A stretch of DNA of 64,000 nucleotides from contig JYNZ01000003.1 of assembly GCA_001567355.1 (NCBI GenBank), positions 466,263 through 530,262 of the forward strand, read 5' to 3'. Below the pieces are notes generated by a model. It was given only the letters and a program-made list of their open reading frames with translations. It searched no databases and was not told the origin of the DNA. Numbering within the stretch: the first letter of the stretch is position 1; each line of letters opens with the position of its first letter. A program made the translations under genes and the position numbers. Positions 38,454 through 47,437 of this stretch are shown piece after piece. Source of the stretch: a candidate division WS6 bacterium OLB20 (lineage in GTDB: Bacteria; Patescibacteriota; Dojkabacteria; B142; OLB20).

Positions 38454-39113
38454 TCATCCGCTGCTGCCGTCACCCACTAGCGCTGTACAGGCTGTATACG
38501 GGATCAGGTCAAGATCCAGTGAGATACCATAGTCCGCCAGACATGATGGCAGCACTTCAAGATCAGTTGTTGCACCTGCAAAGCATGACTCGATCTGCTG
38601 CATCGTCTCGTCCATCATCAGCGTATAGTTGTACATGGCTTCAGGGTTGAACTTGCGGGCGTTAACGACCCGGTCAATTATCAGTTCGTTGTCATCACCC
38701 GAACGCACGACAAACAGTGCTGGTATCTCAGAGCTCATAGCCAGACCGGTATTGTTTGTGCCGATCCCCTCCTTAATGACAGTAAAGGCTACACCTTTAA
38801 GAAACGGCAGTCTGCGCTGCTGCATGATATCGTGTACATCGGGGATGGTGAGTACAATATCAGGATTGCTTCCTGATACAGAGCAGTTAAACAGTGAGGC
38901 ATAGTCATCTCCGGCATACCTGCGTGTCAGCATAGCAATCTCAGTCAGCTGCAGCGTATTGGCGCAGAGCATGTTCTGCGGTTTGAAAAAGATACTGTCA
39001 AGCCGGTGAAGGTAATCAAGCGCATCCTGATCGTAGCCCTGCGGAACATACAGACCCCTCGTATGGTCTTTAAATGGCGCCACATCAATCAGAGTTCTGT
39101 ATTCACAAGACAT
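38454..39113 (-). CDS. Hypothetical protein
   Basis: ORF only. Confidence 0.35.
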   Translation of the reverse strand: MSCEYRTLIDVAPFKDHTRGLYVPQGYDQDALDYLHRLDSIFFKPQNMLCANTLQLTEIAMLTRRYAGDDYASLFNCSVSGSNPDIVLTIPDVHDIMQQRRLPFLKGVAFTVIKEGIGTNNTGLAMSSEIPALFVVRSGDDNELIIDRVVNARKFNPEAMYNYTLMMDETMQQIESCFAGATTDLEVLPSCLADYGISLDLDLIPYTACTALVGDGSSG

Positions 39114-39341
39114 CGCTGATTATTTCAGTAGCACATATACGACAGTGACCGGGATGCAACCGAGCAGCAGCAGTATGCGACCGTATTGAAATTGCGTATG
39201 AAAATTGAACTATTATAGCTGGAGGTAACAGGGAGACAAGAGCCTGCGGATCCGAAGATCGTGCTTAGGATCCAGACATTCCATCAGACATGTCTCTCAC
39301 GAAGTGACGAAACCGCATGGAGCCGGTGCCCCACACTGACA

Positions 39342-40238
39342 CTAGGTATCTTCGGCCTCGTTGCTTGAACGCCCCTTAAGAAACTCCATCAATGCAAGAC
39401 GCGCAAAATCTTCAGCCTCCTCCTTCTTTCCATACTTGATCTTGCGCAGGTACGTCATGATGTCATTCATCTGTGATACCAGGATGTACTCCTCGTAATC
39501 ATCATCGGAGTCGCTGTAGCTGCTGCAGGCAACCATCAGCATGTCAAAGAATGTTTCCGAAAATGCCTTCTGCAGCTTGTCTCTAAACGCATTAAAACCC
39601 TCATTTGTCTGCCGCGCCGCAAGAAACACCTGCATAAACTCCCCTTCTTCATGTAACTGATCATACACTTCTGTCAGATACGCGAACGACCTGGCAAACT
39701 GTGTAAACGATGCTCCCCCGATAGCTGACTCTGAATGTACGCGGCGCAGGAGATACTCATACTGGAGAAACTTAACATACCCCTCCTCCAGAAACACTCC
39801 TGTCGTGTTTTCAAACGGCAGTGTATGCCTGACCATGATCCCTGTTGACTCCTCGCTGACTGTGTATCTGGGATTTGCATCTTTCTCGTCAGTGAGTCTT
39901 TTTACCCAGATATCCTGCCTGCCGGATTTATGACCTGCTTCATGCACGACATTCCCCTCATCATTCAGGGGTGAATCCGATGGTACCAGAAAGATCATTC
40001 CCGTCAGAGGATGAAAAAACGCAGGCGCTTTGACTCCGTACAGTCTGTCCCGGTCCTCTTCTGATATCACGATAAGCATATCCTGCGAATACTCTATGTC
40101 ACGCTCATGCAGAAAGTCAGCGACAGCAGCATGATCAAAATCCTTGTGCAGCAGTTCAGGTCTATGAAACTTGCGCAACTCCGCGATCTGGTCACTGGCA
40201 TCCACTCTGGCTAATATGTCTGGTGAGTCTGTGGTCAT
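39342..40238 (-). CDS. Hypothetical protein with an HExxH motif (possible minimal zincin)
   Basis: VVHEAGH is the only recognisable motif. Confidence 0.3.
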   Translation of the reverse strand: MTTDSPDILARVDASDQIAELRKFHRPELLHKDFDHAAVADFLHERDIEYSQDMLIVISEEDRDRLYGVKAPAFFHPLTGMIFLVPSDSPLNDEGNVVHEAGHKSGRQDIWVKRLTDEKDANPRYTVSEESTGIMVRHTLPFENTTGVFLEEGYVKFLQYEYLLRRVHSESAIGGASFTQFARSFAYLTEVYDQLHEEGEFMQVFLAARQTNEGFNAFRDKLQKAFSETFFDMLMVACSSYSDSDDDYEEYILVSQMNDIMTYLRKIKYGKKEEAEDFARLALMEFLKGRSSNEAEDT

Positions 40239-40361
40239 GATTAAAGCTAACAGATGGGTCCATTATACGGGATTCCTGAGATCGGGGTTTGCTGCTCATG
40301 CCGGTCAGAACGACCGGGCAGCTGCCGTGCACTGATACACCTGATCTGTGGCAGACGCCGG

Positions 40362-40994
40362 TTACACCCCGAGCACAACATGCCTGACACGCCCCATACC
40401 TGAGAGCTGTGACCTGGTAAGATGCGCGGAGCCTGCATAGACAAATGCCGTGCCGCCGTCTTTAAGGCGGTTACCCAGCACACTCATGACAGAACGTTTC
40501 ATTGCCCTGGAGCGCTCATTCAGCACAACCGAGTCAAAGTCCCGCTCATGCTGCTCTATTCTCCGTTTCAGTCCTGCAATAAACGGAGCGGCAATGCTGC
40601 CCAGTCCAAGTGAGACTGCTGCGTTGTACATCCCGATATCCTGCGACATTCTGTCAACCAGCCCTGCTGCCTGTCTGTACAAACCGGCATTCTCCCAGCC
40701 TGACAGTGTGACTGTACTTGTATCAACTTCGGCCATCTCGGGTACCCATGACCCCGACATACCGCCGCCAAACGGTTCGCCTTCTGTCAGGACAACGTCT
40801 CCCGCCTGCGGCAGAATGCCTAACGTGTTTGCGATTGCGCGCTGGTAGCCTTTGTCGTAGTGGTTGTCTGTACCCACAAACACCACATCCGCATCTTCAA
40901 GCGAACTGTTACCTCCTACGACATGCATCGGGACAGACTGTCTGGGGCGCTTAGCCTCGGGGACCTGATTGTGTGGACTGCTGTGAGCTTCCAT
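40362..40994 (-). CDS. Hypothetical protein, weak TraB/GumN(Tiki)-like pattern
   Basis: FVGTDNH near the N-terminus and FVYAGSAHL near the C-terminus resemble the GTxH / GxGHL motifs of that family. Tentative. Confidence 0.25.
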   Translation of the reverse strand: MEAHSSPHNQVPEAKRPRQSVPMHVVGGNSSLEDADVVFVGTDNHYDKGYQRAIANTLGILPQAGDVVLTEGEPFGGGMSGSWVPEMAEVDTSTVTLSGWENAGLYRQAAGLVDRMSQDIGMYNAAVSLGLGSIAAPFIAGLKRRIEQHERDFDSVVLNERSRAMKRSVMSVLGNRLKDGGTAFVYAGSAHLTRSQLSGMGRVRHVVLGV

Positions 40995-41234
40995 ACAGGT
41001 AACAGGTTTATATGTATCCGGGCAGGTGTTAGGGGTTAAAACGTTTGATGGGCGTCTGTATTACAAGGGAGAACATAGACTGGTGAGACTCTTGCGAAGG
41101 TGGTGGACAGTCTGATGTCGAATGCGAACCGGATCGTTAAAAGACTAAATCTGGTCATCCCCTTACTTAAAGCAGTACAATTGTAGTATAATCCAAAAGT
41201 TTACCCATCAGGTTAATTTTTTGTTACTATATAG

Positions 41235-41531
41235 ATGCAGGTTGAGTACGCAAGCAGAAAAGCCGAGAAGACGTTCAATAAGTACCTCAACGGTACTGAG
41301 TTTTCCAGCAAGATCGAACGGCGTATCCTTGAGTTAGAGGCAGCTCAAGACCTTTCACAAATAGATGCAATCAAGTCTCTACAATTGCATAAGCTTTCCG
41401 GCAAGAGGAAGGGACAAATGTCCATCGCCTGCAAAGGGAGTTGGAAAATAGTTTTTATTGCAAAAGTGGATTTTACTCAATATTCAGAAGTTACAGAGAT
41501 AGAGCTACTGGACTTCGTAGACTACCATTAA
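41235..41531 (+). CDS. higB: HigB-like (RelE/ParE superfamily) toxin
   Basis: LHKLSGKRKGQMSIACKGSWKIVFIAKV...ELLDFVDYH parallels HigB LHPLKGDREGYWSI..NWRITF...YEDYH. Confidence 0.65.
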   Translation: MQVEYASRKAEKTFNKYLNGTEFSSKIERRILELEAAQDLSQIDAIKSLQLHKLSGKRKGQMSIACKGSWKIVFIAKVDFTQYSEVTEIELLDFVDYH

Positions 41532-41534
41532 AAA

Positions 41535-42638
41535 ATGGGCATTAAGTTAGATACAACACAATTTATCATTCCCCCGGGCGAGACCATCAAAGAACAACTC
41601 GCTTATCTTGGCATGTCTCAAAAAGAACTAGCCACAAGAATGAACTACTCAGAGAAGGCTATTAGCAAGCTGATAAACGGAAAAGTTTCATTAACGACTG
41701 ACACGGCACTTGAACTAGAGAATATTTTTGGAATACCTGCAGTTTTTTGGATTAACCTTGATGCGAACTATCAACTACGTAAGAAAAGACAAGAGGATAT
41801 CACTGTATCTAAGAGCGAGATAGACATTGCGAGAAGATATAAGTGTTACGCGGAGATTTCCAATCGCGGGTATGTAAAGAAAACTAGCGACTGGCATCTT
41901 CGTGTTAAAGAACTCTGTCGCTTCTTTGGGGTTTCGAACTTAGGTCAAATTATGAAGCTCGATTATGGAGTAGCATTTAAACAAGCAAGTTCACGCTCAA
42001 TTGACTCATATTCAGTGCAATGTCTTCTAAGAATTGGAGAATTGGAAGCACAAGACATAAGTGTTCCCGATTTTAACAAAGAGGGATTAAAGGAACTTAT
42101 CCCCCAAATTAGGAGTCTAATCACCTTACCTATAGAAGAAGCAATTCAGAATTTACGAGTATTACTAAATTCTGTTGGTGTTAGACTCGTTTTGACTCCA
42201 TCGATCAGCAAAACGATGATTAATGGAGCAGTGAAGTGGTCAGATGACAGGCCAACAATACAAGTGACAGATTACAAGAAAGCTGTTGATATCTTTTGGT
42301 TTACAATTTTCCATGAGCTAGGACATGTTTTGCTTCATGGTAGAGGAAAAGGGAAAAGGTTCGTAGATACATACTCAAATTTATCAAGTAAAGAGAATAT
42401 TGAACTGGAAGCGAACCAATTCGCGCAGAATACGCTTATACCAGAAGATGCATTTAATGATTTCATTGAGAATGGTAGCTTCTATGAAGCTGATATTATA
42501 GGATTCTCAGCTGTTGTAGGTATTCCTGCATCCATCATCGCTGGGAGACTGGCTCACGACAAGAGTATTACTCAGTACGGATACAACTTTGCTCAAAAAT
42601 TCCGAACGAGTATCGATCTAACAGAGATAAATATCTAG
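41535..42638 (+). CDS. HigA-like HTH-XRE antitoxin fused to an ImmA/IrrE family zinc metallopeptidase domain
   Basis: N-terminal HTH (LGMSQKELATRMNYSEKAISKLINGK) and a C-terminal HEXXH motif FTIFHELGHVLLHG. Begins 4 nt after higB. Confidence 0.7.
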   Translation: MGIKLDTTQFIIPPGETIKEQLAYLGMSQKELATRMNYSEKAISKLINGKVSLTTDTALELENIFGIPAVFWINLDANYQLRKKRQEDITVSKSEIDIARRYKCYAEISNRGYVKKTSDWHLRVKELCRFFGVSNLGQIMKLDYGVAFKQASSRSIDSYSVQCLLRIGELEAQDISVPDFNKEGLKELIPQIRSLITLPIEEAIQNLRVLLNSVGVRLVLTPSISKTMINGAVKWSDDRPTIQVTDYKKAVDIFWFTIFHELGHVLLHGRGKGKRFVDTYSNLSSKENIELEANQFAQNTLIPEDAFNDFIENGSFYEADIIGFSAVVGIPASIIAGRLAHDKSITQYGYNFAQKFRTSIDLTEINI

Positions 42639-43372
42639 CAGATCGGATCATATCCCTCACAAGCGTCATACACATAGACATCATCGTATCTTTTCATTCC
42701 TACATACCCCTGAACCAACACTAAATATAGAACATCCTTATTTATCAACGGATTATTCCGAAATTGTCCAGATACATAATCATAAACATCTTCGTCCTCA
42801 GTAAACGGTCTCCAATGACTAATATAGATGATTCCTTTATCACCTTTCTTTCTCTTGCGATATTTCAATATTTGATTTTGAGCATCCTCAATACGGTCTT
42901 TCAGCCAACGTATACTTACAGCAGTCTCCTCTACTGAGGATTTTACCTCAGTGTAGAAAGTTACCCCGTTACACTCACTCTTTAGATCGGGTGTTTTTCC
43001 ATTTTCTTCAGGGATAAACTCAATAAATTCATGCCCCATCTCCAGCAGCCTATGCAAGGCTTCGAATTCAGAGGTGGCCAACCTAAAATCCTTTTGTGAC
43101 ATCCTCCTAGCTTTATCAAGCCACGGCGAGATATCAATATCATTATCGAGAATGTTTCTCACCCTTTCTTCATTTACCTCCACTTCATGACGTCCTGTTA
43201 GAGCTATTAGGTCTTGCAACTTCAGCCAATTATCAGCCTTGCGTCTTATTAACTGCACTTCGTCATAATATGGGATAAGAGATGTTTCTTTCCCAATATG
43301 AGTGAATATGAAAGTATTAGGATCAAAGTTTGAGAGTGTAAACACTTGACCCTTTATTGAATTCTTCGGCAT
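42635..43372 (-). CDS. Hypothetical protein with a PD-(D/E)xK-like motif (possible nuclease)
   Basis: TPDLKSECNGVTFYTEVKS matches PD-x(n)-E-V-K; no other support. Confidence 0.3.
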   Translation of the reverse strand: MPKNSIKGQVFTLSNFDPNTFIFTHIGKETSLIPYYDEVQLIRRKADNWLKLQDLIALTGRHEVEVNEERVRNILDNDIDISPWLDKARRMSQKDFRLATSEFEALHRLLEMGHEFIEFIPEENGKTPDLKSECNGVTFYTEVKSSVEETAVSIRWLKDRIEDAQNQILKYRKRKKGDKGIIYISHWRPFTEDEDVYDYVSGQFRNNPLINKDVLYLVLVQGYVGMKRYDDVYVYDACEGYDPIC

Positions 43373-43410
43373 AACATTATACGAAGCTATAACTCCTCCC
43401 TTGTAACTAC

Positions 43411-43737
43411 CTACCCATTCTGAACATGCTCGTCATAATGCTCAAGCCTATTTCGAGCTGAACGCTTGTGAATCGAACTAGACTCTTTGACCCCAATAAG
43501 TGAGGCCACTGTTTCTTCATATGGTGCACTCTTGCTATTCTGGGGATTTGCTTTTAGCAACTTCGAGACCATAGCGCAATGCGTCAAAAAAGAATGAATC
43601 GACGAAAAAACTAAATCTGTATTTCTAGCCACCTTAGGCTCGAGGCTCTCAAAAGAACGTATTGCAAATGTACATTGTGTGGAAATCTCCCTAACTAGGA
43701 ATTCTTTCCATAAGGCTTCTTTCTGTTTGTTACTCAT
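43411..43737 (-). CDS. Hypothetical small protein, upstream partner of 42635..43372
   Basis: ORF only. Confidence 0.3.
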   Translation of the reverse strand: MSNKQKEALWKEFLVREISTQCTFAIRSFESLEPKVARNTDLVFSSIHSFLTHCAMVSKLLKANPQNSKSAPYEETVASLIGVKESSSIHKRSARNRLEHYDEHVQNG

Positions 43738-43957
43738 ATGTTAAGATTAATAATTCCAAGGGGTTAATATCCCAAGAAGTCCCTCAGTACTCTTTTATGA
43801 GGTTGTAACAAAAATCGCACCAACTCTTCGAGGTCACAACAGGAACAGCTCAATCTCTGTATTTACAGTTTTACCATACCCTTGCACGTGACCCAATGCT
43901 CACAGGGTTACCCTAGATCGTGCTATTGTGTAAGATGTACACATATTATAACCCACC

Positions 43958-44793
43958 ATGAACATACTTAACGCACTAATCAACCTTAGCAAGAGAGACA
44001 CATACAAGATAGACGAGCTATACGAAGGTAATAACCGGATTAATAATGTTGGAGATGCACTGGAGTATTTCATCAAGGATGGGTTCATTAACGAGGAAGT
44101 TTCAAGTAATGAACAAAGAGACAAGAAGTATAGTGAGGCATTCTCTTACCTTGGAAATAGTTCTAATCCACCCGATTTTATGCTTAGAGGTGGTGATGCA
44201 TTTGAAGTAAAAAAAGGTAAAACTCATTACCTCTAACCTAGCTCTAAATAGTTCGCATCCAAAGGACGTACTTTACAAAGATGACCCAAAGATTTCATCA
44301 AGCTGTCGAGAGGCCGAAGGTGGGCAATGGGATAAAAAAAGACTTGGTATATGCTGTTGGAATAGTTAACGAAACAGTTGAAAAAGTATTGTTTGTATAT
44401 GGCGATTGCTATTCTGCGAACAAGGATACCTATGTAAGAGTTAGTAATATGATAAGAAGTGGAATTATATCAATAGAGGGGGTTGAGTTCGCAGAAACTT
44501 CAGAGTTAGGAAGGGTAAATAAGGTTGATCCCCTAGGAATTACTTACTTAAGAATGAGGGGGATGTGGCACATAGAGACTCCATATAAACTGTTCAAAGA
44601 TCAACTAATAGAGCTAGATGCACTCGATAAAAGAATAATCTCGATAATGAAAAAGACTAAGTTTGATGAACTTATAACTGATGAATTAAGGCAGAGTTTA
44701 GAGAAGAATAATACAATCAAAACATGCAGGTTAAGAGACCCCAATAACCCTGCTATACTATTTGACTCAATTATCATTCACTCAAACACATGA
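43958..44793 (+). pseudogene. Type II restriction endonuclease (partner of the HaeIII-like methyltransferase), split into two ORFs
   Basis: PD-(D/E)xK motif PDFMLRGGDAFEVKK in ORF 43958..44236. The C-terminal part is in ORF 44281..44793 in another frame, with stops in both frames between them. Its stop overlaps the MTase start (ATGA). Confidence 0.45.
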
Positions 44794-45782
44794 AAATAGC
44801 ATCATTATTTGCAGGCGCAGGGGGTTTAGACAAAGGTTTTGAAAACGCAGGGTTCACTGTTGAGTGGGCGAATGAATACGACAAAACTATTTGGGAAACA
44901 TTTCGTAAGAATTTTCCTAAAACTCGTCTAGATGAAAGATCAATTCGTGATGTAGATAGTCAGGAAATAAAATCCTTTGGACACTTCGATGGTTTAGTAG
45001 GTGGTCCACCATGCCAAAGCTGGAGTCTTGCCGGGTCAATGAAAGGTATTGAAGATCAACGAGGGTCTCTTTTCTACGAATACCTCAGAGTACTTAGTGA
45101 TATTGAACCCAAGTTTTTTTTAGCTGAGAACGTCCCGGGGTTGATAAGTAAAAGACACATTGGTGAATATAAAAAAATTGTTGCAGAGTTTGAAAAACGA
45201 GGATACCAAGTTACAGAAGGTAAGGTAAATGCTTCAGATTATGGAGTTCCCGAAGATAGAGAGAGGGTAATTATTGTTGGTTTTCATAAAGACTTAAATA
45301 GAAAATTCATTTTTCCGGAGAGGACTCACAATAAGTTAAAGAAAGTCACATTAAAACAGGCAATAGGTGATCTTCCTGAGCCTGTTGCAGCTCTCCCAGG
45401 TAACAATGCGAACTCTAACCTCAAGATACCAAACCATGAATACTTCACTGGAGCATTCTCATCTAGATTCATGTCACGAAATAGAATTAGAGGTTGGGAT
45501 GAGCAGGCATATACAATCGAAGCAAGTGGAAGACATGCAAAACTACACCCTTCTGCACCGCCAATGAAGAAGATCAATAAAGATGAATGGATATTTGAGA
45601 AAGGAAGCGAACATAAATATCGAAGGTTAAGCATCAGGGAGAGTGCTAGGATTCAGACCTTTCCAGACAATTTTATATTTCACTACAGCAAAGTAAATGA
45701 TGGTTATAAAATGGTCGGGAATGCAGTGCCTGTAAAATTAGCAGAAGCGTTCGCAAATGAGATTTTAAAGCAGATTGCTTAA
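44790..45782 (+). CDS. DNA (cytosine-5)-methyltransferase, M.HaeIII-like (probable GGCC specificity)
   Basis: Motif I FAGAGGLDKGF, motif IV GGPPCQSWSLAG, motif VI FLAENVPGL. Length 330 aa with extended similarity to M.HaeIII as recalled (ANEYDKTIW..., PNHEYF..FMSRNR.., FIFHY...DGYKM.GNAVPV). Confidence 0.85.
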   Translation: MKIASLFAGAGGLDKGFENAGFTVEWANEYDKTIWETFRKNFPKTRLDERSIRDVDSQEIKSFGHFDGLVGGPPCQSWSLAGSMKGIEDQRGSLFYEYLRVLSDIEPKFFLAENVPGLISKRHIGEYKKIVAEFEKRGYQVTEGKVNASDYGVPEDRERVIIVGFHKDLNRKFIFPERTHNKLKKVTLKQAIGDLPEPVAALPGNNANSNLKIPNHEYFTGAFSSRFMSRNRIRGWDEQAYTIEASGRHAKLHPSAPPMKKINKDEWIFEKGSEHKYRRLSIRESARIQTFPDNFIFHYSKVNDGYKMVGNAVPVKLAEAFANEILKQIA

Positions 45783-45846
45783 GATTATTGGGTAACTTGT
45801 TGTCCCAAGTAGCTACCACGTTCTACAGCAGACTTTTGTTCAACGA

Positions 45847-45945
45847 TCAATTTGCCTGCCCCTCCCCCTTTTCGTAGGTTTCATCTTCATACTCCTTAGA
45901 AAACTCTATTGCTCTTTTTCTTATTTCATTCCAACTAAGGGCCAT
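45847..45945 (-). pseudogene. 32-aa N-terminal remnant of an MmeI-family (type IIL) restriction-modification enzyme
   Basis: Minus-strand translation MALSWNEIRKRAIEFSKEYEDETYEKGEGQAN then stop. MmeI-family proteins begin MALSWNEIRRKAIEFSKRWEDA.... Confidence 0.55.
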
Positions 45946-46305
45946 TGTACTTTTTTTGCTTTAATTAATTCTTAAGTCAACGGAAAGGCGAATGCCTTAT
46001 TCTACAGCATTTTACCCGAAAGAACATGCCACAAAACTATGAAGATCGACACGTTGCAACAACATACAAGATTTCCGCTGGTATTTCATACCACCTAATA
46101 GACGGCCCTAGTTAGTACATAAAAAAAACAAACTCTCAGACAACAGCGCCTCGTATTCAGAAGCACACCAAGCCCTACCAAAAATAAAGACGTCCGCCTA
46201 TCAAGAAATAAATGTCAACCAACTAGACCATTTTAGTCTACCTGGTAGACACATACATTCTATCCCCACTATAAGTTATACTCATACATATCAGCCATCA
46301 AATAC

Positions 46306-47178
46306 ATGCCAGACCTCCATACGAAATCAATTTCTTTAGACAACCTTTTGGACTCAATCAAGGAATTGATGAACCTACGAGAATCAGAGTATGCTGATTC
46401 GATTGATTCCTTCTTGGGTCTACCCCTTGAGACGAAAGAGGTAATCATTATCAGCCCCCAAAAACACTTTGTCGATAAACTTTATAGATACTACGGATCA
46501 CTTCAAGAGTACCCTACACGCGTCCAAGACAAGTTGGCTCTAAGAGGTGCTCAAGCACAAATTGAAGAGCCACTATTTGTTCACCACTCACCAGTGCTAG
46601 TTACTGACTCAGTATTCACACAACGAGTAATTAATAAATTGAAGGATTTAGAGTTTGTGATAAATGCAGGCCAACGAATACTTGACTACATCGACATTGC
46701 GGGTAAACAAGTCCTGAAAGATAACCTAGCAGAATTCGCTATCCCCGGTTCAACAATTGACTCCGTTGCGGTGACACAGATCACATTTAATTACGAAAGG
46801 TTTCTTATACAGCGATCCACAACCTCACTGCTCTACCCTATGATCAAGAGTCATCAGTTTAAGCTGCTAGCTAATGGCACATTTTATCTTCGAGTACGTG
46901 ACGATTGGAGACTAGGTATAAATACTTCAATCACAGATAAATATGGAAACCAATCCAATAGCAGTAAACTCTTGATTCATCTTCTTCAAGAAAAGAACAG
47001 AATGCCTCAGGTCAATAGATTCCCCATCAAACTACTGCAACGTGAGCTAGGAATTGCTCCAAAACAGATACTCTCGGCGATGGCATCAATAAACAGGAGT
47101 GTCAGTGAATACAAAGCCAAAGAGTTGATAGTCCTGAAGCGTGACAAAGAAGATATAGTGTTTATTTTGCGAAATTGA
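46306..47178 (+). CDS. Hypothetical protein (island cargo)
   Basis: ORF only; AT-rich. Confidence 0.35.
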   Translation: MPDLHTKSISLDNLLDSIKELMNLRESEYADSIDSFLGLPLETKEVIIISPQKHFVDKLYRYYGSLQEYPTRVQDKLALRGAQAQIEEPLFVHHSPVLVTDSVFTQRVINKLKDLEFVINAGQRILDYIDIAGKQVLKDNLAEFAIPGSTIDSVAVTQITFNYERFLIQRSTTSLLYPMIKSHQFKLLANGTFYLRVRDDWRLGINTSITDKYGNQSNSSKLLIHLLQEKNRMPQVNRFPIKLLQRELGIAPKQILSAMASINRSVSEYKAKELIVLKRDKEDIVFILRN

Positions 47179-47222
47179 ATCAGCTGCCTAGCTGATCAGA
47201 GCTGAAGTAATAGTCTCTGGGT

Positions 47223-47387
47223 ATGAAAGTACCCAAAGAAGAGAAACAAATAATTACAGTAAAGGAAGCTAGGAAACTTCTCGGTATTGACGCTAAGCAC
47301 CTAGACGATGAAACAATTGAAGCAATTGTCGACTCTTTAACTCAACTTGCTCATATACAAGTTAATATCAGACAGGAGGGACAGTAA
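47223..47387 (+). CDS. 54-aa putative HTH DNA-binding protein upstream of the recombinase (possible Xis/RDF or regulator)
   Basis: MKVPKEEKQIITVKEARKLLGIDAKHLDDETIEAIVDSLTQLAHIQVNIRQEGQ. Below the ORF-track cutoff. Confidence 0.3.
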   Translation: MKVPKEEKQIITVKEARKLLGIDAKHLDDETIEAIVDSLTQLAHIQVNIRQEGQ

Positions 47388-47437
47388 TTTTTCGATGGCT
47401 GAAGATACTGTTCTTCCTGTTTGTTATTGCAGCCATC

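Noticed and set aside
39114-39341. 228-bp spacer with GGATCC...GGATCC inverted repeat, considered as an sRNA/tRNA
   Set aside because: No tRNA-like T-loop or acceptor pairing, and the palindrome is just two BamHI-like sites. Insufficient evidence.
40247-40848. Several 60-130-aa ORFs overlapping 40362..40994 on both strands
   Set aside because: Alternative frames of a GC-rich gene. The longest minus-strand frame is retained.
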